From a virus (taxonomy: Duplodnaviria; Caudoviricetes): a stretch of 61,751 nucleotides of DNA. This document shows, piece by piece, positions 40,101-49,561 of the stretch (position 1 is its first letter; each line of letters begins with the position of its first letter). Location of the stretch: IMG/VR virus record IMGVR_UViG_3300012952_000024, positions 1 to 61,751 of that record; one strand, written 5' to 3'. The position numbers and the translations under genes were made by a program. Under the pieces are notes generated by a model. The model saw nothing but the letters and a program-made list of their open reading frames with translations. It was not told the DNA's origin and searched no databases.

Positions 40101-43100
40101 GCACACAGGACAGATTTTACAGGCACCTTATTAACATACTCTGATGCCGAGATAGGAAATGTGAGATACTGGGGCGAATATGTTGATGACGAGACATTTA
40201 TGGCCCATGTAAAGGATTTAGATAATTACGGTACCAAAAATCCTTATAAAAACATAACTCTACTCAACACAGAAAGTGAAAAATATTCAGTTCCTCAGAC
40301 AAAAGCTTTGTTGTTAAATTGGGACTTCGATACTCTCAACTCCTCAGATGGCAGCGGCACATTCACTGTGCCCGATGCATCTTCTGGTTCAGCAACTTCC
40401 GTTGATTATGGGTGGTTTGGCGACAGAGCAAACAAGCAACATACGGCCCGCGGCTACGGATTCGCCAACAGTTCAGACGGGGCAATAAGAAAAAGACAGA
40501 TAAGCTCTGCCAAGCAACAATTACCAGAAGTGCTTAGCAGCGCAGATATGATTGAAATAAGAAATAGCGATGATGAGGTTTTTACAAAAGACCATAGACC
40601 AATACAGCACTATTTTGCAATTGAAAAAAGCATGTATCAGACAATTTCGGAAGAGATGCTAAACATGTTCGCCACAATTGTCGATTTTAATAATCTAATT
40701 GGTCGACCAGTTAACAAATATAGACAAGAGTACAAGGAATTAGAAAAATTAAGACAAATGTTTTTCGAGCGGGTAGAGAACACTCCGGAGCTTGATAAGT
40801 ATATCGATTTTTATAAATGGATTGATAGTAGTATAAATACGATTATTACAGCCCTCATTCCGGCATCTAGTGATGCCTCTTCTGGAATGAAAACCGTTAT
40901 CGAAAGTCACATTTTGGAAAGAAACAAGTATTGGAACAAGTTTCCGACATTAGAGATGAAAGCCGAGCCGCCCACCGCAGGGATACACGGCATTAACGAG
41001 GCCCTGTACAGTTGGCGTCACGGCCACCGCAGTGTATCCGAACCGGACAACCAAGATGTTGGCATAGAGTGGTGGTCGGAGCGCGCAGAGCGCGCCGTAG
41101 CGGCTACTTCCGGAGATGCCGAGATTGACTCTGCTCGCGAGGAATTTAAAGATCTGATCGGACGCCATCGGAACGAAACCCGTAGAGTGTCGACGCTCGC
41201 CGGGACTTCTTATAGCGGTTCAACTTTTGCTATTAGTAGATTTAGTAAGCCCTATAGAATGGTTCTCGATGAATCAACAACTGTCCACGGCGGCGCTAAT
41301 GTAGATAGAAAAAAGAATTTAGATATATTAAAAGCAGCAACAACTCCGTTAGGTCCAGAGAATAATTCGGGATTCCCCGTAAATGTTGTTATCTTTGATG
41401 ACATATATGTTGATAAAACTCGTCCACATCGTGTAGACTTGGATCCTTCCCGGGCAGTCTCCGGTAAGGTCGTAACACCATCAACTGGCAGCATTTTCTC
41501 AGAATATCCACACAACAAAACAAAATACAGTTTCAAGGGGCGCCTGCTTAGAGATTATGGGTTTGGCAAATATGAATCAGGAAGTCATCCCCCGGATTAC
41601 CACACAGTGATGCCCGGCGAAATGGTAGCACCGTTTAGTATATATGGCACAGATGTCACCAATACTTATCACGAATATATACAGTCGCGACTTTTTCCGA
41701 ATATTACGCTGACTAATTTACACAGCGACACATATGGGATATCAAATGAGCAGCCAATCCAAGGTCCGTTTACCAACGCTCATGTCGGTGGAAGGCAAAA
41801 TAGACATGTGCCGCTGAATAAGGGCGGAGACAATTTCGATAATCGACCAGAAGCTTGGAAAATATTAATTGGCCCAACATCAGCATCCGCCGCCCCAGTA
41901 TCAGGCTCTCCTTGGTTTGTTGATCCGTTTATGTTAGGCGTAGTAGGTCCGGATTACCCGTGGCCGCCTATGAGCGATTCCGTCCTAGGAATCGCTCCGT
42001 ATGAGCGCCCACGCGCAACTCTATTGAGAGACGAAACCGCAAAGAGACCTCTAAATCTTAGGAATATTAAGTACACAACCGGCTCTGCAGTGCTGGGTAA
42101 TTATAGATTTGATCACAATATCGTACAAGTGCCCGGCCGGCACATTAACAATTCAGCTATGGTTTATGCTGGTGGGTGGAGCACGGGCTCGATACCCGCA
42201 GCACACATGACCGTGCATGAATATACAAAGCCCGAGCGCCCACGAAACGAACATGTAATAGTTTCACGCTTTTCTGCTCCCGGTGGACCTGCGCAGGCCG
42301 GAGATTCCGATGCCGGATATGGGTTAGATGTTGAATCCGCCCAGTTCTCGATCCATGATACATTAAATTATCGTAATCTACTTGTCCGCGGAGCAGGAAG
42401 GTGGCCAAACGGACAAAGAGAGTTGCTTACGAATCACACAAAACAATTCGGATTCTTTAGCGATGTTATGAATATTAAAAACGGCGCCGCACCGGAAAAC
42501 ATATTCTCAGGCTCCGTTTCGGCTCTAGATTATACCGGCCGACTAAATTATCACAAGACAAATAGGAATACCAGAAGAAGAGTAGATTTTGGCAATCCCA
42601 TTTGCTATCAGGACGAGTGGGAATTTAACAGAAAAGCGGCAGAGTGGCCAACAGACACCGAACAGACCCAGTCCTGCGCGCAGTATGTGGGATACGCAAG
42701 CTTTTCTTTACCGGCTATGCCAGCTACAGGTCCGCGGATCGATGTCAATACCATCAACTATACGGACAAGATCGACACAGACCCGATTTCTGGCAATAAA
42801 AGGAGAAGGCACAAGGTTAGTAACAAACTTTGGGCCGGCACGGGAGTGATTAATACCGGTGATGTTCGCGGGTTCTTGGCACAGAAAGGTCCCAATCCGA
42901 ACGCGCAACGAAATCTTATTGGCGGCGCCGCCCGACGGAAAACCGACAAGCAAGGGAGAGAGGTATTAGACCTACCTAATAAAAACTCGCCGAACAATTT
43001 GAAGGATAATCCCAATAGACAATTGTCTCTCAACGCCTTTATGGAACAGTTTTCGGTATCAGTGTGGACCTGGCCCTCAAATCGTCCGAACTCTCATGAC

Positions 43101-46100
43101 ACTTGCAAGAGAGCAATCTTTTCCATAGGTTCGGGGAACACTACGCAGCAGTATGCCAACGCATCAGGAGTTAACATTCCCGTTGATGCCCGCCGCGTAG
43201 CTTACTTGACAGCCGCTAATAAAGTAAGATATGAAGCCTCATATCTTGTAAAAATTCCGTTATCCGGACTTGCCGATTCAAATTTGTTTTATTGGGGTAC
43301 TTCGTGTGGCATATGGGAAACTCAACAAGCCGTAACAGAAGAACAATGGTCCAACATTATAGTAACTCATAATACAACAAGAATTAGTGACGACGGAACA
43401 CCGTTTGGCCCAGATATCTATATTAATGGCACAAAGCAAGTTATAGCCACAATAGCTGTACCAGCAGTAGACTCTTTCGCGGTCTCGCCAGAAAATGACA
43501 GTTATATCGGCCGTGCAACAGATTGTGAGGAAGTGACTCACCATTGGAATGGATATATGGATGAATTTTCTTTGTGGCCCATCGAATTGGATCAGGCTGC
43601 GGTTGATCAAATTTATAGTGCCCCGTACCCATCTAACTTGGCTGACCATACCGATTATAATAGTTGGTGCGCAATTTGGTATCGAATGGGAGACGGACAA
43701 GGGTTTCAAACGGGCACTATATATCCTGATGCTATCGATGGTTCTGGAGCCAGCATACCACAAAATTGCTGGTGGGACTTGTCTGTGTTGGGCGGACATA
43801 CTCATGCGACTCCATCACAACAACTATCGCAAACTTTTGTTAATGTTTCCAATAGCCAATCTTCTGCGAATAAGCGTCTGCCCGGGCAGACTTACTTTAA
43901 CGAGGTGTGCCAATACAGCACCGGCTCACTTTATGACAATTGGTATGTGACACATGAACTTCCTCGTTCCAGTGCACAGTATACATGGATTTCCGGTTCA
44001 GTACATCGAGATCGATACGGCTCTCCGCAAGACGGAAACGGAGAAGGAATTTTTGGACATACGCATCCATCAGGCCTCGTCCCCCAACATCCCCAATCTG
44101 CAACCGGTTCAAGCTATGTACCTGCGATCATGTTTAGTTCGGCAAGCGAGGCAGGCTCAGTCGTCGCCGGAGGACAAAGAAAGTTTGGTGTCGATGTCGA
44201 AAGTTCGACAAGCCAGCCAGTCTATACACCTTATAATAGTCTAAAAACGAATATAGCCGAGCCACTTAGTGCATCCGATAATACATTGGGCTATCCAATG
44301 TTCGACACAAGAGGGCCGGATTCTATATGGTCTATAGGTCATACAGCCGTCAATGCCACCGATATTGTAGCTTATATTAACAAGCCTTTCGTCCCCGGAG
44401 GTCCAGTCTCATATGGTGGCTCGAAAGTTTCAACGCTTCTTAATGCTATCTTGCTGAAACGACAGGGCCCATATGGATGGCCATCTTGGAAGCAAATTAG
44501 AGGAGCAGAACATCCAGCCTCCATATACCAGAGAAGAAATAACATCCTTAGTGTAGTCAATGCCGCGGCCGAACGAACGATAGTCTTTTCGGTACCCGGC
44601 GCAGAAACTTGGGTACCTGGAGCAGTGCCGGGCGTCGATGCTTCCGGAAGCGGCCAAGTTCTCTTAACAACTACGGTAAGAGGGCTTCCTCGCGGAGATA
44701 CTTTTACCAATTATACAGAACCGCCGATTGTCAACAACCATCCGCTAAGGCATATCTTAAATGATAGCACGGTTACAAGCTATACTTATAGAAACAATAC
44801 TTGCAAATATTCCAACGAAGCGATCAATAATAAACTAGGCATCTCTGATAGCGAGCCAACGATGTATGACAGCTTGGTAAGCGAATATACAAAAGCAACT
44901 AAAACAGCCAAGCTGGTATTTAATTACTTGGCTTATAAAGAAGACATATACCCTCAAGAAATTAACAAATATAACAACATTGTCAGATCTCGACAAAATT
45001 TTCAGTTTGATTGGAGTCGCGACAGAAAAGAGAGAAGCCCATTCGTGAGAGAAGGATCTGGGTTTTATCATCCAAAATCGAACACCCCTGTTAAAAATTC
45101 GCAGGGCTGGCCTTACAGACACACTGCAGACCAGACACCGCTTGTGCAGATTGGAAACTCTGAAAAGCACTCCTATAGTATTTGGCCACTAGACTCTACG
45201 CTAGACAAGGGCCCCTTTGGCCAAAGTGCCACATGGAACTCTAGGTGGCCAATTGACGAAGATGCCGACGATAATAACATATTGAACGATATACCGTTTC
45301 AAACTTCTGTGGGAAGGCTGCATGGCAACGGAGAGCTACAGAACTATACGGTGCAATTAAGAGGAGGATTTAAATTTTCAGGCTCTGCACAGACCGATAG
45401 TTTAGTCCCGGCCGCCCAGTATGCCCGTAGACACACTATTCCAATGACCGGCTCTGGGTGTCAATGGAGATACGGTACTCGGGGAATGAACTCTATACTG
45501 AAAAACCTCTATGTAAGAAACGATGCCGGCAGCCGATACGGTCGTAAGTTTGCGATAAGTGGTTCTTCTTTAGACTGGTATACTTCTGTTGGAAAGTCGG
45601 TTGGCCAACACATGTATGTAGGCGCCGGAGTAGCTACGATCGCAGGCGACGCCGCACTCTTTGGCGGCGAAACTCCGTGGGAAATTCCTGCGGTTGAAGG
45701 AAAGTATCCCTTTTACAACAACTACGAAGACTATGCATATGAAGATATAAGACTCAAAGCAAAAGATCACAGTATCGTCCCAGAATTCAGAATAAGTGAA
45801 CATATTGATTATTATATTAGTCGCAAGGGAGGGGACTTCTTATCTTCGAACACGGGCTCTCTATCTCTAACTGGTTCAAGTTATGCTAATTCTGGAGAAG
45901 AAGATTTCTTCACAATTTACAGCAATTCGGATTTTATGAAAAAGTTTGGAGTTATCGATAAGGATCATGAAGCGTTCGGTGGCGCCCAAAGGATAGAGCT
46001 TAATTGTTCTGCGTATTTAAAGCTATTGCCATATAATGGCTTCTACCCAGCCCAGAGAACTGTACAGCTTGCCAACTTGTTCTCTCAATCATACGGGCCC

Positions 46101-48500
46101 TCGATGTATCGCGTAACACCAACGGCGTTAGCTACAACAACACCGACTGATTTTGGAGGCGCCAACTCCACAGCCGGCACCGGCGCCGGCCATCGTCTGG
46201 ATGCTAATCTGTGGTCTATTTACATGCGCCCATATTTTGCACCTGGAATCATGTTTAATTCAATTAAATCCGGTATAGCTGTCGATTATCCGATTATGAC
46301 CGGCTCATTCGGAGTAACAAAAGATCCAAACTTTGCGACGATACCAAGCAACAATCCACACGGCTTCAAAACCGTTCTCAATAGCGGCATGGTAGATGCA
46401 AACGACATAGCCACGACTCTGACTGCTAGCGGCTACTATCTTACTGAACCCCGCTTCCACCACAGAATTCCTTTTGAGGCGATCGTCAATCCGGATAAAT
46501 ATATTACAGACTTGAGTATTTGTAATATGGAACCACACCCCTCCGGCGCGTTCGGCTTACACTTGACAGCTTCTGTTGGCTCCGCAGCGTCTCCGCTATA
46601 TAGAATGGCGGCAAACAACTTCTTTGCAGAGGTGCCTGAGTTTTTCTTGGAAAAAGGAAATCTTTCTTCAATAGCTTCTCTTCCAGAATCTGATTCAAAT
46701 TTTGGAACGGTTGGGCGCACTGACATTTTGATTGGTAGAAAGTTTTGCGCGCTTGTTAAGTTGCGCAAGAGTACAATTCGACATGACAATTTTAACCCTC
46801 TGAGCGCCAGTTGGAAACCCAGCAACGCACAACACGGCACCTTTAATGTTAACAGATTGCGTACAGACGATCCGGTACCCCACCCGTGGCGCCTCGATGT
46901 GCCGACTATCAATATGTATAGCCGACCATCCGCGTTCGGTCCTCCGTCTGCTGGCTTGTGGGGTTCTAATGCTGGATTTAATATGCCGTTTACTCCGCCG
47001 TACTACGATGGCGCTGCATGGGCATATCTTGAGTTTGACCCAGTAAGCGGTTCTAAAAAGTATGATTTAGATGAAATCCTCGCAAACACAAAAGTGATTT
47101 ACACAAGAGCCGGCAAACAAGCAGTGTGGCAAGGAGAGTTTGGCCTCAATGCCGATGACGAGGCTGATGAACAATCTTTGACCACCACTCAAAACTGGCC
47201 ATGGTCACGCCCAGCGAAGGCCGATGCAACCTCTCTTACAGACGGAGTCCAACTCGGATCCGACCGTGTAGCAGTATTTGCGGATCCGTATCCCCAAGGA
47301 AGAACCTTCATCGATGATAACGCAATGCAAATTACGGCATCTGTTAACTTGTTCCAAAAGTCTCAATTAAGAGCCGCAGAATATAATGCGATATCCGGCA
47401 AGGTAGAAAAGTATGTAGATAAGCCTGAATCGAAACTGAAATCTTGGGTTATTCAGACTAAATTCGAAACTCCTATTTTAAACTTTTTAACTTCCGGAAG
47501 TACCGGCGCCGGTTACGCGCCTGAAGCTACAGCGTATGGTATGTGGCACCAGTACGGAAATTATCCAGAAGATGACAATACTGGCGTTTTTCTTGAAATT
47601 ACCGATGTTTCCCCCGATTTTCTAACAAAAGCTTTGGGTAAATCGTCACAGGAAGCAACTGTTTATGGCTCTTTGGCAGATCTAGTGGGCTTCAACACAG
47701 AGCCTAAAAAGCTTGGAGTACCGGCGACAGAAAAGAAAATATCTGAAGCAATTATTGCTGCGCCATTTATAGAAAAAGACGGAGAGAGGCACTTTTTTGA
47801 AATCCCTAGAGAAAAAATTAACAGCGCGAAGCTTCACTTGGCAGCAGAAGAAGCGGGTTCAACATTCCAGTCATCCAGTAAAGCAGAGGCTGGCGACAGT
47901 ATAATTGATATGGTCGAAAAAATGCAAAGATTCGTGTTTCCGCCAAAGATGAGTTTTCTCGAAAACGACGAAATTCAACCGTTTGCTATGTATGTTTTCG
48001 AATTTTCAACAACACTTGATCGCGAAGATTTAACCGATATTTGGCAAAATGTACAGCCAAAAATTGCTAGGAACTTTGAACACCAAACGGCTACAGTGGC
48101 TCATGAACTCACGCCAAACGAGTTGATGGGTTGCGACTCAACTGTAACTGGCAAAAAACTTCAAGACAAACTACAATGGATGGTTTTTAAGGTTAAGCAA
48201 AAGGCCCAAAAGAATTATCTAAACAAGGTTGTAGGTTCAAGTCAGGCGGCTTATAAAAATTTACTAAGCGATTTTATCAAATTAGAGGGTGATAGCGGAT
48301 CAAAATTAATTCCACTTGATTATACTTATAACTGGCCATATGACTTCTTTTCTCTAGTCGAGTTGGCTAAAATTGATAGCACGGTCGAATATGGGGATGA
48401 TCCGGCGGAATTGGTAGAACTTTCTGTCCAAAAAAGATTTAAGACAGCTACAGATAAACTTGTTAAACCCGGAGGCCCAGCCTTGATTGATGAAGATTAA
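37185..48500 (+). CDS. giant baseplate/tail protein (3771 aa), gp7-like segment plus LamG-like domains
   Basis: LamG-like 'TIEFWLK..WNHYAISV..LYING..IDEFRFW' near the N-terminus and again at ~43050-43700 ('FSVSVW..IYING..MDEFSLW'). gp7/tail-I-like 'IYKSKGTEKSFRNLIRCFG'. Confidence 0.7.
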   Translation: MSDIKKLFNKESNKKILSNQTGETLSQEVESERLVDTAIKRRERFLTHVRYHPASASNFAIYGSAKKYYEDAISYIAQEYPYDGSAAEKNEWHLSASQLDLYIFNEMYPKTTGYVTLSSDGWGTRSGAITSDYGTPSTTEYIQIKGSLNTGSADTMVEHFHTHKPGVGSNIYETAAELSASHGTGLYGSREANLKTDLDEGVTIEFWLKKSAFDVSKTTKEVVFDLWNGRNIANADYGRLIVELKGDAGASPFVITCASGSDGFTRQTIGISPTTTSVQSWNHYAISVKNHGDNVRTRLYINGSLDDEKLLGTDISEITGSLVANIGALRTSPVSGVSISQGSGKLIGSIDEFRFWKTERTHKEVGRHYWTQVNGGTNTDPSNTDLGLYYKFNEGTTGYAEIDQVVLDYSGRITNGYWYGYPGSAARASGSAIVESSTAPLETADPIIHAEHPDVITLKSNLAASGSLWDDSNNSLLYNSMPAWIFEYQEEKKSKDLENLVQTMASYFDKLHGQIANVNRLKNVVYPSSSVKPLPFANKLIEHMGLSSGELFENVEIIEKLLARSETQKYDLELHDIKNSIYQNVYNNLSNIYKSKGTEKSFRNLIRCFGVDDEILKLNLYGDNITYKLRDNYKTIKKTRKYANFNVKNRFDATVYQYTESGNSNSVNYITGSDTDDREAYLGMSMEVEALFPKKFKFGEPGYFKADFTDVSIFGSHTVGSDDTSYTTPTPDPAAFHVMAVKTDTESKDVYFKLTSPATSPIPELTSSVFGNVYDNEKWNFALRIKPDSYPIADGVRREFTRATATFTFSGAATVNSTIALTSHDGTFKTYKAATNGSTTNGTVSGSDILYNAGTSASTAATNLKEAIEHGNGHAGKIAVIANSSAGVILATQKSPGIAGNTAITTAASFNSACSVNPPSFFTGATGDSYTLEFRGVANILDTTYRQFSLTSSLTAQEAINFLSSSKRVFIGAHRTDFTGTLLTYSDAEIGNVRYWGEYVDDETFMAHVKDLDNYGTKNPYKNITLLNTESEKYSVPQTKALLLNWDFDTLNSSDGSGTFTVPDASSGSATSVDYGWFGDRANKQHTARGYGFANSSDGAIRKRQISSAKQQLPEVLSSADMIEIRNSDDEVFTKDHRPIQHYFAIEKSMYQTISEEMLNMFATIVDFNNLIGRPVNKYRQEYKELEKLRQMFFERVENTPELDKYIDFYKWIDSSINTIITALIPASSDASSGMKTVIESHILERNKYWNKFPTLEMKAEPPTAGIHGINEALYSWRHGHRSVSEPDNQDVGIEWWSERAERAVAATSGDAEIDSAREEFKDLIGRHRNETRRVSTLAGTSYSGSTFAISRFSKPYRMVLDESTTVHGGANVDRKKNLDILKAATTPLGPENNSGFPVNVVIFDDIYVDKTRPHRVDLDPSRAVSGKVVTPSTGSIFSEYPHNKTKYSFKGRLLRDYGFGKYESGSHPPDYHTVMPGEMVAPFSIYGTDVTNTYHEYIQSRLFPNITLTNLHSDTYGISNEQPIQGPFTNAHVGGRQNRHVPLNKGGDNFDNRPEAWKILIGPTSASAAPVSGSPWFVDPFMLGVVGPDYPWPPMSDSVLGIAPYERPRATLLRDETAKRPLNLRNIKYTTGSAVLGNYRFDHNIVQVPGRHINNSAMVYAGGWSTGSIPAAHMTVHEYTKPERPRNEHVIVSRFSAPGGPAQAGDSDAGYGLDVESAQFSIHDTLNYRNLLVRGAGRWPNGQRELLTNHTKQFGFFSDVMNIKNGAAPENIFSGSVSALDYTGRLNYHKTNRNTRRRVDFGNPICYQDEWEFNRKAAEWPTDTEQTQSCAQYVGYASFSLPAMPATGPRIDVNTINYTDKIDTDPISGNKRRRHKVSNKLWAGTGVINTGDVRGFLAQKGPNPNAQRNLIGGAARRKTDKQGREVLDLPNKNSPNNLKDNPNRQLSLNAFMEQFSVSVWTWPSNRPNSHDTCKRAIFSIGSGNTTQQYANASGVNIPVDARRVAYLTAANKVRYEASYLVKIPLSGLADSNLFYWGTSCGIWETQQAVTEEQWSNIIVTHNTTRISDDGTPFGPDIYINGTKQVIATIAVPAVDSFAVSPENDSYIGRATDCEEVTHHWNGYMDEFSLWPIELDQAAVDQIYSAPYPSNLADHTDYNSWCAIWYRMGDGQGFQTGTIYPDAIDGSGASIPQNCWWDLSVLGGHTHATPSQQLSQTFVNVSNSQSSANKRLPGQTYFNEVCQYSTGSLYDNWYVTHELPRSSAQYTWISGSVHRDRYGSPQDGNGEGIFGHTHPSGLVPQHPQSATGSSYVPAIMFSSASEAGSVVAGGQRKFGVDVESSTSQPVYTPYNSLKTNIAEPLSASDNTLGYPMFDTRGPDSIWSIGHTAVNATDIVAYINKPFVPGGPVSYGGSKVSTLLNAILLKRQGPYGWPSWKQIRGAEHPASIYQRRNNILSVVNAAAERTIVFSVPGAETWVPGAVPGVDASGSGQVLLTTTVRGLPRGDTFTNYTEPPIVNNHPLRHILNDSTVTSYTYRNNTCKYSNEAINNKLGISDSEPTMYDSLVSEYTKATKTAKLVFNYLAYKEDIYPQEINKYNNIVRSRQNFQFDWSRDRKERSPFVREGSGFYHPKSNTPVKNSQGWPYRHTADQTPLVQIGNSEKHSYSIWPLDSTLDKGPFGQSATWNSRWPIDEDADDNNILNDIPFQTSVGRLHGNGELQNYTVQLRGGFKFSGSAQTDSLVPAAQYARRHTIPMTGSGCQWRYGTRGMNSILKNLYVRNDAGSRYGRKFAISGSSLDWYTSVGKSVGQHMYVGAGVATIAGDAALFGGETPWEIPAVEGKYPFYNNYEDYAYEDIRLKAKDHSIVPEFRISEHIDYYISRKGGDFLSSNTGSLSLTGSSYANSGEEDFFTIYSNSDFMKKFGVIDKDHEAFGGAQRIELNCSAYLKLLPYNGFYPAQRTVQLANLFSQSYGPSMYRVTPTALATTTPTDFGGANSTAGTGAGHRLDANLWSIYMRPYFAPGIMFNSIKSGIAVDYPIMTGSFGVTKDPNFATIPSNNPHGFKTVLNSGMVDANDIATTLTASGYYLTEPRFHHRIPFEAIVNPDKYITDLSICNMEPHPSGAFGLHLTASVGSAASPLYRMAANNFFAEVPEFFLEKGNLSSIASLPESDSNFGTVGRTDILIGRKFCALVKLRKSTIRHDNFNPLSASWKPSNAQHGTFNVNRLRTDDPVPHPWRLDVPTINMYSRPSAFGPPSAGLWGSNAGFNMPFTPPYYDGAAWAYLEFDPVSGSKKYDLDEILANTKVIYTRAGKQAVWQGEFGLNADDEADEQSLTTTQNWPWSRPAKADATSLTDGVQLGSDRVAVFADPYPQGRTFIDDNAMQITASVNLFQKSQLRAAEYNAISGKVEKYVDKPESKLKSWVIQTKFETPILNFLTSGSTGAGYAPEATAYGMWHQYGNYPEDDNTGVFLEITDVSPDFLTKALGKSSQEATVYGSLADLVGFNTEPKKLGVPATEKKISEAIIAAPFIEKDGERHFFEIPREKINSAKLHLAAEEAGSTFQSSSKAEAGDSIIDMVEKMQRFVFPPKMSFLENDEIQPFAMYVFEFSTTLDREDLTDIWQNVQPKIARNFEHQTATVAHELTPNELMGCDSTVTGKKLQDKLQWMVFKVKQKAQKNYLNKVVGSSQAAYKNLLSDFIKLEGDSGSKLIPLDYTYNWPYDFFSLVELAKIDSTVEYGDDPAELVELSVQKRFKTATDKLVKPGGPALIDED

Positions 48501-48517
48501 TAAGAGCGCAATATAAT

Positions 48518-49558
48518 ATGTCATATTTTAATAAAAAAGAAGAAGTACTTCAAATAAAGCTAACTCAATACGGAAAACATCTGCTTTCCAAGGGCAAGTT
48601 TAAACCAGCATATTATGCTTTTTTTGATGATGATATTATATACGACAGCAGTTGGGCAGGTTTCGAAGAGAGACAAAACGAAATCGAGCCACGGATACAA
48701 GAAGAAACACCATCTTTAAAAGTGCAGCACATCTTCGCCGGCGCAGAAACAAATATAAAAAAAATGACAACCAGTGCGAATCCGCTCGACTATTGGGAGA
48801 AGGACTTACCATACCCCCAGCACACGGAAGACCACCACTATTCTTTTGGAGCCAGCCCGTTAGGAACTTCGACACACGGTATACAAAAAGCGCCCTCATA
48901 CTCAGTCAACTTTTTAATAGGAGAAATGACTGGTTCATCTTACTATCAGACAGGTTCGCACCAAACTCTAAAAATACCTCAGTTAGATATAGATCTGTTC
49001 TATGAAACCTCTTTTTCGTTTGACGGAGGGGAGGAAACTACAGTATCGCTCCGCGGCCCGGGCGGCCTAGAATTAGGAGGTACTTTTCCTGACGGTAGCA
49101 AAATAAATGTCAAAGAGAATCATATCTTAATTGAAGTTGTTGAAAACAATACGGAGTTTTCTAATAAAAACTTTGATATAGAGGTGTTTCTTATGGAGGA
49201 CGCTGATGCGCTTAATTTTAAAACTCCGGGCATCGATACAAATAGTGTAAATAAAAAAATTGATTTAAAGCCTTTATATTTCGTAAAGACAGTTGAAAAC
49301 ATTGTAGACAATATTCTCCGCGACCCGGACCCCGCAACACGGGAAACAAATTTAGATTTAGATTCTAATTATGTACAGCATTATTTTGATTTATATGCCG
49401 ATGCGGAAATAGATCCAAATGTTATATGTAAGGCGATTACTGCAGACAAGGTTGAAGACATGTATGACGAAATGGGCTTCGAATGCCCTGATAAGGACAG
49501 CAACCTCGTTAATGAGGAAGAAATGTCGACATATGTCGCGGAAGAACAGGAGTGTTGA
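48518..49558 (+). CDS. virion structural protein, N-terminus paralogous to 56066
   Basis: 'IKLTQYGKHLLSKG.FKPAYYAFFDDDIIYD' resembles 'AVLTDTGRMRLARA..FKIVKFALGDDEIDY'. Confidence 0.55.
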   Translation: MSYFNKKEEVLQIKLTQYGKHLLSKGKFKPAYYAFFDDDIIYDSSWAGFEERQNEIEPRIQEETPSLKVQHIFAGAETNIKKMTTSANPLDYWEKDLPYPQHTEDHHYSFGASPLGTSTHGIQKAPSYSVNFLIGEMTGSSYYQTGSHQTLKIPQLDIDLFYETSFSFDGGEETTVSLRGPGGLELGGTFPDGSKINVKENHILIEVVENNTEFSNKNFDIEVFLMEDADALNFKTPGIDTNSVNKKIDLKPLYFVKTVENIVDNILRDPDPATRETNLDLDSNYVQHYFDLYADAEIDPNVICKAITADKVEDMYDEMGFECPDKDSNLVNEEEMSTYVAEEQEC

Positions 49559-49561
49559 TAG

